Of a stretch of 64,000 nucleotides of DNA, positions 57,036 through 64,000 are shown one piece after another. Made by a program: the position numbers and the translations under genes. The DNA is from an uncultured Clostridia bacterium (GTDB taxonomy: Bacteria > Bacillota > Clostridia > Christensenellales > Borkfalkiaceae). The notes beneath the pieces are model-generated. The model did not search any database and had not been told where the DNA came from. It saw only the letters and a list, made by a program, of their open reading frames with translations. Where the stretch lies: NCBI GenBank assembly GCA_947589385.1, contig CANPZW010000003.1, positions 50,878-114,877 on the forward strand, in the 5' to 3' direction. Every line of letters begins with the position of its first letter. Position 1 is the first letter of the stretch.

Positions 57036-58040
57036 TCAATCAGCCTGCAAAGCCGTTACGGCAACCGTAGCAACTATATCTTCAACGTTGCAACCCCTCG
57101 AAAGGTCGTTCAAAGGCTTTGCAAAACCTTGGCAAATAGGACCTATCGCCATATACCCGCCGAAGCGCTGGGCGATTTTATAGCCTATGTTACCCGCGTT
57201 TATGTTGGGGAATACGAATACGTTCGCATGGCCCGCAACCTTGGAATCGGGAGCTTTAAGCGCGCCCACTTCGGGAGCGACGGCGGCGTCAAACTGGAAC
57301 TCGCCGTCAAGCGCAAGTTCGGGAGCTTTTGTCTTTGCTATGCTTACCGCATTCTGCATCTTCGGAACGGTCTGATAGAATTTATCGTCGTTGCCGCTGC
57401 CCTTTGTGGAGAAAGAAAGCATAGCAACCCTCGGCTCGATTCCCGCAATGGATTTAGCCGTTTTAGCCGAAGAAATCGCAATGTCAGCAAGCTGTTCGGC
57501 GGTGGGTTCGATATTTATAGCGCAGTCCGCAAAAACCGCAACGCCGTCGGGATTATAGGGATTGCCGCCCTTCGGGGCAATCATGATAAAGCAGCTCGAT
57601 ACGGTTTGTATTCCGGGAGCCGTCTTTACTACCTGCAACCCGGGACGGAGAGTATTCGCCGTGGAATGGCACGCGCCCGAAACATAGCCGTCAACGTCGC
57701 CCGCTTTAAGCATAAGCGCGCCGAACATCGTTCTGTCCTTCGCCTGTTCCATAGCCTGTTCCAAAGTCATACCCTTAGCTTTTCTTGCTTCATAGAGAAT
57801 ATTCGCATACTCTGCGGTTTTGTCGGAAGTAAGCGGGTCAACCAAAGTAATTCCTTTAAGCTCGACGCCGGGGGCAACCCTGTTGCACTCTTCCTTATTG
57901 CCGATAAGAACGATTTTGGCTATCCCCTCTTTGGTGATTTTTGCGGCAGCTTCAACAACCCGCTTGTCCTCACCCTCGCAAAGCACGATAGTCTTTTTAC
58001 GGGAAGCCGCTTTCGCCTTGATTTCATCAAGTAATGACAT
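57036..58040 (-). CDS. pta: Phosphate acetyltransferase
   Basis: Short-form Pta (334 aa): VLCEGEDKRV, and the SxGC..DL C-terminus. Confidence 0.95.
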   Translation of the reverse strand: MSLLDEIKAKAASRKKTIVLCEGEDKRVVEAAAKITKEGIAKIVLIGNKEECNRVAPGVELKGITLVDPLTSDKTAEYANILYEARKAKGMTLEQAMEQAKDRTMFGALMLKAGDVDGYVSGACHSTANTLRPGLQVVKTAPGIQTVSSCFIMIAPKGGNPYNPDGVAVFADCAINIEPTAEQLADIAISSAKTAKSIAGIEPRVAMLSFSTKGSGNDDKFYQTVPKMQNAVSIAKTKAPELALDGEFQFDAAVAPEVGALKAPDSKVAGHANVFVFPNINAGNIGYKIAQRFGGYMAIGPICQGFAKPLNDLSRGCNVEDIVATVAVTALQAD

Positions 58041-58154
58041 TTCAATTTCTCCTTAATTTGCTTTATTTTTCCGCCGAATACGTGTATAATTGAATTGACG
58101 GATTTTTAATCTCCGTATATTATATAACAGTTTTTCAAGATTGTAAAGTTTAAA

Positions 58155-59315
58155 ATGACCTTTTGCGCGATAATTTGTGAATTTAATCCCTTCCATAACG
58201 GGCATAAATACCTGTTGGAACAGGCGAAAAAGCTTTCGGGCTGTGATTTTGTGCTTTGCATTATGAGCGGCAGTTTCACCCAGCGCGGCGAAATATGTAT
58301 AATGGACAAACATACGCGAGCGCGCCACGCCATAATGAACGGCGCAGATTGCGTAATCGAGCTGCCAGTCTCCTTTACGGTCGCGCCTGCCGAAATCTTC
58401 GCGAAAGGGGCTGTAAAAATTTTAAACGCCATACCGAATGTCGCCGCGCTTGCTTTCGGGTGCGAGGACGAAAATTCGGATTTTTTTGGCATTTCCAAAA
58501 AAATTATTTCGGAAAGCGCAGATTTCAAAAAAATTTTACGCCGTAATCTCGAAAGCGGACAAAGCTACATAAAAAGTTTTGCCGCGGCATTTACCGCTTG
58601 CGGCGGAAACGGCGAAGCCATTTCGAAACCCAACAATATTCTCGGCATAGAGTATTCCAAAGCTGCTATAAAATGCGGCGCGCGCTTTAAGATAATTCCT
58701 ATACGCAGGGTCGGAAGCGGCTTTAACGACGGCATGCTTAAAGAAAATTTTTCTTCCGCCGCCGCAATAAGGGAAGACCCTTTAAATCCCGACGTTAAAA
58801 ACAACGTTCCCGCCGCAGTCTGTGCGGACCTACGCGATTTTTCCGCAGAAAAGGCGCGTTTCGAAGAACTTATGCGCTTTAAACTGTTGTGCACCCCGCC
58901 AAAGACGCTGAAAAGAATTATCGGCTGTACCGAGGGGCTTGAAAATAATCTTAAAAGCCGCGTAGGACTGCCCTACGGCGAACTGATTTCCGCAGTGGGC
59001 GGCAAGCGGTATTCCTGTTCGCGTATAAAGCGGATACTTCTCGCCAATCTCCTCGACCTGTACGAGGATGAGTGCAAGGAATTTCTTAAATCCCCACTCT
59101 ATCTGAAACCGCTTGCCGTAAAAAAACAGAGGTCGGACGAAATTCTATCCGCCCTTTCCCAAGCGGAATTTCCGCTTTTGCTGAAAAAGAAAAATATCGG
59201 ATTATTAAAAGAAACCGCCGAAAAATGCCTTGAAAAAGACTTAAATGCGGGCAAAATCCGTGATTTTATTTTCAATTTACCCGTGCGTGACTTCGATTAT
59301 CCTAAATTTATCTGA
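58155..59315 (+). CDS. tmcAL: tRNA(Met) cytidine acetate ligase (YlbM/TmcAL family nucleotidyltransferase)
   Basis: IICEFNPFHNGHKYLL motif. Length is 386 aa. Confidence 0.85.
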   Translation: MTFCAIICEFNPFHNGHKYLLEQAKKLSGCDFVLCIMSGSFTQRGEICIMDKHTRARHAIMNGADCVIELPVSFTVAPAEIFAKGAVKILNAIPNVAALAFGCEDENSDFFGISKKIISESADFKKILRRNLESGQSYIKSFAAAFTACGGNGEAISKPNNILGIEYSKAAIKCGARFKIIPIRRVGSGFNDGMLKENFSSAAAIREDPLNPDVKNNVPAAVCADLRDFSAEKARFEELMRFKLLCTPPKTLKRIIGCTEGLENNLKSRVGLPYGELISAVGGKRYSCSRIKRILLANLLDLYEDECKEFLKSPLYLKPLAVKKQRSDEILSALSQAEFPLLLKKKNIGLLKETAEKCLEKDLNAGKIRDFIFNLPVRDFDYPKFI

Positions 59316-59352
59316 TTTTTCTAATCGTATCTCAACTATCTGTCGCTTTCTC

Positions 59353-59381
59353 AAACAAAAAGACGCCCCTTTGAAGGGGCG
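59353..59381 (-). terminator. Intrinsic terminator of the Cys-rich repeat gene
   Basis: CGCCCC-ttcaaa-GGGGCG followed by TCTTTTTGTTTG on the minus strand, ~20 nt after the stop at 59401. Confidence 0.75.
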
Positions 59382-59400
59382 CCCGTAATTAAGGCTTTAA

Positions 59401-59889
59401 TCAAAAATTGCAGCCGCAGGAGTTGCAGGAATTGCAGGAATTACATCCGCAACCCGAACGGTTATTACCGCAAGAATTGCATCCGCAGCCCGAACGGTTA
59501 TTACCGCAGGAATTGCATCCGCAGCCCGAGCGGTTATTGCCGCAGGAACTGCAACCCCAGAAATTCCCGTTCCAGAAAACGGTATTGCCGTTGTTCGCAA
59601 TATTCGCGCTTGCAGGGCTGACACCGTTGTTATTGCCGCAACCGCAGCCGCAGGAATTGCAGGAATTGCAAGAATTACAGGAATTACAGGAATTGCAACC
59701 GCAATTACTTGTCAAAGCATATTGAGCGGCATAATAAGCGTCATAGCAACCGCAGTTATTGTTGTTTCCGCAGCGGTTGCACGCATTTCCGCAAGAACAA
59801 CCGTTGCCACAGCAGCAGGAAGAACGACCCGATAACAGATTTAAAAGCCCGGGCCAGTTGTTGTTACAATTATTACACATATTGTACAT
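59401..59889 (-). CDS. Cys/Asn/Gly/Ser-rich tandem-repeat protein (162 aa, ~50 Cys), no recognisable family
   Basis: It is the longest of three overlapping repeat-frame ORFs and the only one with its own downstream terminator and upstream AAAGGA. Repeats are (CNS)x5, (CNS)x3 and (CGNNRSGCGCNS)x3. No signal peptide. Confidence 0.6.
   Translation of the reverse strand: MYNMCNNCNNNWPGLLNLLSGRSSCCCGNGCSCGNACNRCGNNNNCGCYDAYYAAQYALTSNCGCNSCNSCNSCNSCNSCGCGCGNNNGVSPASANIANNGNTVFWNGNFWGCSSCGNNRSGCGCNSCGNNRSGCGCNSCGNNRSGCGCNSCNSCNSCGCNF
59437..59544. repeat. 3 x 36-bp tandem repeat inside the Cys-rich gene
   Basis: Units at 59437-59472, 59473-59508 and 59509-59544 differ at only a few positions. Confidence 0.9.
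59651..59695. repeat. 5 x 9-bp tandem repeat (CAGGAATTG-type) inside the Cys-rich gene
   Basis: Read directly. A further 3 x 9-bp block is at 59417-59443. Confidence 0.9.
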
Positions 59890-59948
59890 CGTTCCTTTAT
59901 CGTAAGTTTCAGCAAGGGTTTTCCCCCTTGCTTATATATTCATAATAT

Positions 59949-59982
59949 GAAACCGCGACCGAAAAGTTTCGGTCGCGGTTTC
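59949..59982. terminator. Terminator after rubrerythrin (16-bp-arm palindrome)
   Basis: GAAACCGCGACCGAAA-ag-TTTCGGTCGCGGTTTC. Confidence 0.75.
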
Positions 59983-60010
59983 TGTTGTTTTTCGAATTTT
60001 ACTGTTTGAA

Positions 60011-60544
60011 TTATTTGCCGAAGTATCTCTTCAAAAGTCCGGCAAAACCGGCGCCGTGGCGAGCCTCGTCCTTCGCCATCTCGTGTACGGTATCGTGAAT
60101 AGCGTCATAGCCGAGCTGCTTTGCGCGTTTTGCTATTGCAAGCTTGCCCTCGCAAGCGCCTGCTTCCGCCGCCGCGCGGAGTTCCAGATTTTTCTTTGTG
60201 GAAGGAGTAACCACTTCGCCCAAAAGCTCGGCAAATTTTGCGGCATGCTCAGCTTCTTCAAACGCGTAACGCTTAAATGCCTCGGCAACTTCGGGATAAC
60301 CCTCTCTTTCGGCTGCCCTTGACATAGCCAGATACATACCGACCTCGGTGCATTCCCCGTTGAAATGGGCGCGTAATCCGTCCATAATTTCCTTATCCTC
60401 GACAACGCCGTCGCCAATCACGTGCTCGCAAGCATAAGCCGCCTTTTTACCCTCTTCGACCGGCTCGAATTTTTTAGCCTTGCAAACGGGGCAAACTTCT
60501 ACGTCGTCCTCTACGATTTCACCGCAAACAACACATCTTTTCAT
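60011..60544 (-). CDS. rbr: Reverse rubrerythrin (N-terminal rubredoxin-like CxxC pairs plus ferritin-like diiron domain)
   Basis: CVVCG..CPVC at the N-terminus. ExxH diiron motifs ([17 protein letters not shown]). Confidence 0.9.
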   Translation of the reverse strand: MKRCVVCGEIVEDDVEVCPVCKAKKFEPVEEGKKAAYACEHVIGDGVVEDKEIMDGLRAHFNGECTEVGMYLAMSRAAEREGYPEVAEAFKRYAFEEAEHAAKFAELLGEVVTPSTKKNLELRAAAEAGACEGKLAIAKRAKQLGYDAIHDTVHEMAKDEARHGAGFAGLLKRYFGK

Positions 60545-60573
60545 AGTTAAACACTCCTGAAATTTTTAATTTA

Positions 60574-60609
60574 TTATGATAATTATATCACATTTAAAAA
60601 AAATTACAA
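60574..60609 (-). promoter_or_regulatory. Rubrerythrin promoter (TTGTAA-N16-TGaTATAAT) overlapped by a PerR/Fur-type 7-1-7 box
   Basis: The minus strand reads ATATAAT-T-ATCATAA (60588-60574), a 13/15 match to TTATAAT-N-ATTATAA. It overlaps the -10. Confidence 0.5.
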
Positions 60610-60657
60610 TAGAAAAAAGGAAAAATATGTAAATAATTTTATTTTAAAACATACCTT

Positions 60658-61302
60658 TCAAGTCAAAATAAATCTTTCAAGTTCGCGGAAATTTTCCGCA
60701 AAATCCGTCGCGCCGGCTGCCGAAAGTTCTTCCCTGCTTCTGTATCCCCACAGCGCGGAAACGCATTTTATTCCCGCAGCCTTCGCCGTTAAAATATCCG
60801 TTTCCCCGTCGCCAACGAAAACGCAGTCCCCTTTTTTAACGTTCAATTTGCTAATAATCGCCTCTGTTGAAGCGGGATTTGGCTTTAAAGGGTAGTACTC
60901 TGTCTGACCAAGTACTATGTTAAAGTCAAAATTTCTAAGATATTTGGCATAAACATTGTCTGTCGCGCGCTGAGGCTTGTTTGTGATTATGGCAAGCGAC
61001 AGCCCTGACTCTTTGAATTTTTTCAGCGCTTCACATTCATACGGGAAAAGCTTTGTATGTGAATTGTCGCAATTTGAAAATCTTTCAAAGTATAATTCAT
61101 AAACCTTTTCAGAAAGTTCCGCTCTTTCCCCCACCGCTCTTTCCACAAGTCTTTTTGCGCCGTTTCCAACGAATTTTTCGGTGGTTTCATAGCTTAACAT
61201 GGGAAGCGAAAATTCCGCAAGGCAACTGTTCAACACAATTTGAATATCCGGCAAAGTATCTAAAAGCGTTCCGTCCAAATCAAAAATTATTGCTTTTTTC
61301 AT
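60658..61302 (-). CDS. HAD-IA phosphatase (phosphoglycolate phosphatase-like)
   Basis: IIFDLDGTLLDT motif I, GDGETD motif III. Confidence 0.85.
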   Translation of the reverse strand: MKKAIIFDLDGTLLDTLPDIQIVLNSCLAEFSLPMLSYETTEKFVGNGAKRLVERAVGERAELSEKVYELYFERFSNCDNSHTKLFPYECEALKKFKESGLSLAIITNKPQRATDNVYAKYLRNFDFNIVLGQTEYYPLKPNPASTEAIISKLNVKKGDCVFVGDGETDILTAKAAGIKCVSALWGYRSREELSAAGATDFAENFRELERFILT

Positions 61303-61303
61303 A

Positions 61304-62983
61304 TTACATTTTTTCGGGCACGCCTATTCCCAATACAGACAAAGCGTTTTTAAGCGTCTGCAAAGTTGCTTTCGTCAGGGCGAGCCTGAACGCCTTAGCG
61401 TCCCCTTCCGCAGTGAGTATTTTGCAATCGATATAAAATTTATTGTATTTCTGCGCAAGATTGACGGCATATCTGGCGACATAGGAAGGCTCGTATTTTT
61501 CCGCCGCGTTTAAAAGCGCGTCTGGGAAAGCCGCCAATTCCTTGACGACCTCTGATTCCTGCGCGTTCGGCGCATAATTTCCATAGTCAAACGTTAAGTT
61601 TCCGCTTTTCAAAAGCACGGAATTTGCGCGTGCGCATGTGTATTGCACATAGACGCTGGTTTCGCCTTCGAATGACAGCACCTTGTCGTACGAAAAGACG
61701 ATATCTTTGATTTTATTGTTATACAGCGCGCTGAAAATGACCGCACCCAAACCGACTGTTTCCGCCGTCTGCTTCTTGTTTTCGAGTTCGGGATTTTTCT
61801 CGTCAATTACGGCGTAAGCCTTTTCAATGCACTTGGAAATCACATCTTCGAGCCATACGACTTTGCCTTTTCTTGTTGACATCGCGCCGTCTTCCAGCGA
61901 AACCATACCATACGCAACGTGCACAAGGTCTTTCGCCCAATCCTTGCCCATAAGTTCAAGCACCTTGAAAATCTGTTTGAAATGCAGATTTTGCTGGTAT
62001 GCGACGACGTACAGGCATTTATAAAAATCGTATGTCTTTTTGCGATAGAGCGCCGCGGCCAAATCGCGCGTAGCGTAAAGCGAAGCGCCGTCAGAGCGCA
62101 AAATCAGGCACGGTGGCATTCCGTAGGGCTCCAAATCGACTATTTGCGCGCCCTCGCTCTCTTTCAAAAGATTTTTCTCGCGAAGTTCGTCTATAACGGG
62201 CTGCATTTTATCAGTATAAAAGCGCTCGCCCGCATAACTGTCGAAAGTGATATTCAGTTTATCGTAAATGCTCTTTACGTAGTTTAACGTCAAAGATTTG
62301 AACCAGTCGAAAAGCGCGTTCGCTTCTTTATCTCCGTTTTCTATCAGGCGGAAATTCTCTCGCGCTTCTTCCTGCATAGCCTCGTCCGCCTCGTTATTGA
62401 AACGCACATATAAATCGTTTATGGCATGGATTCCGCCCTTTTCGACTTCTTCCCTAACTCCCCAACGCTTGTAAGCCGAAATCAATTTGCCGAATTGCGT
62501 GCCGTAGTCGCCTAAATGGTTTATCCCGACTACGTTGTACCCGAGAAATTTATAGATTTTATAAAGAGCCCCGCCGATTACAGTCGTTGAAAGATGCCCT
62601 ATGTGGAAAGGCTTGGCGATATTCACCGAAGAATAATCTATGCAGATGGTTTTGCCCACGCCCGTATCGGACGAACCGTAGCGGTCGCCCTCTTTCAAAA
62701 TCCTGCCGATTACTCCCTCGGCAAGCCCCGACTTGTTCACTTTGAAGTTAAGATACCCGTTAACCGCGGAAACCTCGCTTACCACGCCGTCCGTTTGATA
62801 GGCGTTTTTAAGTTCTTCTGCGATAGATATGGGGCTTTTCCTTAATATTTTTGCAAATTTGAAACAGGGCAGCGCATAATCGCCCATTTCCGAGTTGGGC
62901 GGAAGCGCGATAGTGGCGTAAACTTCTTCTTGTGTAACGCCGTCGAGTTTGATTTTTTCGGAAATATATTTTTTATAGTCCAT
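61304..62983 (-). CDS. argS: Arginyl-tRNA synthetase
   Basis: NIAKPFHIGHL (HIGH) motif and a DALR anticodon-binding C-terminus. Length is 559 aa. Confidence 0.96.
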   Translation of the reverse strand: MDYKKYISEKIKLDGVTQEEVYATIALPPNSEMGDYALPCFKFAKILRKSPISIAEELKNAYQTDGVVSEVSAVNGYLNFKVNKSGLAEGVIGRILKEGDRYGSSDTGVGKTICIDYSSVNIAKPFHIGHLSTTVIGGALYKIYKFLGYNVVGINHLGDYGTQFGKLISAYKRWGVREEVEKGGIHAINDLYVRFNNEADEAMQEEARENFRLIENGDKEANALFDWFKSLTLNYVKSIYDKLNITFDSYAGERFYTDKMQPVIDELREKNLLKESEGAQIVDLEPYGMPPCLILRSDGASLYATRDLAAALYRKKTYDFYKCLYVVAYQQNLHFKQIFKVLELMGKDWAKDLVHVAYGMVSLEDGAMSTRKGKVVWLEDVISKCIEKAYAVIDEKNPELENKKQTAETVGLGAVIFSALYNNKIKDIVFSYDKVLSFEGETSVYVQYTCARANSVLLKSGNLTFDYGNYAPNAQESEVVKELAAFPDALLNAAEKYEPSYVARYAVNLAQKYNKFYIDCKILTAEGDAKAFRLALTKATLQTLKNALSVLGIGVPEKM

Positions 62984-63108
62984 AAAATTCCTCTAAAACG
63001 GTAATATTTTAACACAAGCACAAAATTTTAGCAAGTTAAGCCGCTATTCGTTTTGATTTTTATTCAAATTATATTATAATTTTGTAAAAAGATTTAAAGG
63101 AAGTCATC

Positions 63109-64000
63109 ATGAAATTAGGTGTAGTCGGATTGCCCAACGTAGGCAAATCCACCCTGTTTAACGCCATAACCCACGCGGGCGCGGAAGCCGCAAATTATCC
63201 CTTTTGCACAATAGAGCCTAACGTCGGAGTAGTCAGCGTGCCCGACGAACGTCTGGACAAGCTTGCCGCGCTCTATTCAAGCAAAAAAGTCACTCCCGCC
63301 ATTGTTGAATTTGTGGATATTGCGGGACTTGTAAAAGGCGCGTCGCAAGGCGAAGGGCTGGGAAACAAATTCCTTTCCCATATCCGCGAATGTGACGCGA
63401 TAGTGCATGTGGTGCGCTGTTTCGAGGACGCGAATATCACCCACGTAAACAACAAAATCGACCCTGTTGACGATATAAAGACGATTACTTTGGAGCTTAT
63501 TCTTGCCGATATCGAGGCTGTGAATAAGCGGCAGGACAGAATCAGAAACGTCGCGAGGGGCGGTTCTAACAAAGAAGCCGCGGCTGAATACGCGTTTTTG
63601 GAAAAGTTGGAAAAGTTTTTAAGCGAGGAAAAGCCCGCAAGGCTTTTCGAATGTACCGACGAAGAAAAACCGTTGCTTGAAAACTTGTTTCTACTCACGG
63701 CGAAGCCCGTTATTTATGCCGCGAATATTTCGGAATTTGACATGGGCAAACCCGAGGACGACATACCGCTTGTCAAAGCCGTAAAGGATTACGCGGCAGC
63801 CGAGGGCAGCGAGGTGCTTGTGATTTGCGCCAAGACCGAGGAAGAACTTTCCCAAATGCCGCCCGAAGAAGCCGATGAATTTTTAAAGGAGCTGGGGCTG
63901 GAAGAAAGCGGGTTAAACCGCCTTATCAAAAAGAGCTATGCGCTTTTGGGATTGATATCCTACCTGACCGCAGGCGAAAAAGAGACGCGGGCATGGACGA
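63109..64000 (+). CDS. ychF: Ribosome-binding ATPase YchF (3' end beyond the window)
   Basis: Translated by eye: MKLGVVGLPNVGKSTLFNAIT..ANYPFCTIEPNVG..VEFVDIAGLVKGAS. Not in the ORF track because no stop occurs before the window end. Confidence 0.93.
   Translation, partial: MKLGVVGLPNVGKSTLFNAITHAGAEAANYPFCTIEPNVGVVSVPDERLDKLAALYSSKKVTPAIVEFVDIAGLVKGASQGEGLGNKFLSHIRECDAIVHVVRCFEDANITHVNNKIDPVDDIKTITLELILADIEAVNKRQDRIRNVARGGSNKEAAAEYAFLEKLEKFLSEEKPARLFECTDEEKPLLENLFLLTAKPVIYAANISEFDMGKPEDDIPLVKAVKDYAAAEGSEVLVICAKTEEELSQMPPEEADEFLKELGLEESGLNRLIKKSYALLGLISYLTAGEKETRAWT

Noticed and set aside
59397-59725. Alternative frames over the Cys-rich locus: the plus-strand QPQELQEL.. ORF (59408-59725) and the minus-strand Ala/Ile/Thr-rich ORF (59397-59624)
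   Set aside because: Both are shorter. The plus ORF starts at TTG without an SD and has no U-tailed terminator on its strand. The only properly oriented terminator (59353-59381) and upstream AAAGGA serve the 162-aa minus-strand frame. This call still needs experimental confirmation.
59890-59950. PerR box or sporulation-sigma promoter upstream of the Cys-rich gene (CATATTATGAATATATAA)
   Set aside because: The alignment to the 7-1-7 PerR consensus fails at more than 4 positions in any register. The CATA..TA resemblance to SigE/SigK -10 elements has no convincing -35, which would fall inside the rubrerythrin terminator.

Overview
This 64-kb chromosomal window looks like a Clostridia-class Firmicute. 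Supporting signs are TTGACA-N17-TATAAT promoters, a T-box leader, Cheo-type LexA boxes, whiA, a glgBCDAP operon, an IspH-S1 fusion and dnaE-pfkA synteny. I can support about 55 protein genes, one tRNA-Thr(GGU), one T-box and several intrinsic terminators and promoters. Most content is housekeeping. It includes cmk-plsC-ispH/rpsA, htpG, glycogen metabolism, lexA, pfkA, dnaE, whiA, murB, yebC, infC-rpmI-rplT, five aminoacyl-tRNA synthetases (thrS, leuS, asnS, argS, plus the thrS T-box), tex, mutS2, uvrC, base-excision repair genes, ackA-pta, rpmF, tmcAL, rubrerythrin and ychF. No cas genes, CRISPR array, transposase, phage block or recognisable defence system is visible. Four things are not explained by ordinary annotation. 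(1) About 1.7 kb between rpsA and htpG holds an orphan type IV pilin gene. It is bracketed by inverted arrays of a composite ~120-bp repeat. It also contains two 29-bp sites that are exact reverse complements of each other, flanking a 120-bp promoter-bearing segment; this is a candidate invertible switch. (2) A stand-alone gene encodes a 162-aa Cys/Asn/Gly/Ser-only tandem-repeat protein (Cys-Xaa-Xaa repeats) next to rubrerythrin. (3) A ~720-bp AT-rich, ORF-less island lies upstream of an apparently leaderless XerS-like tyrosine recombinase. (4) A small 8-Cys ORF is divergent from lexA. All calls come from reading the sequence and ORF translations; no searches were run.
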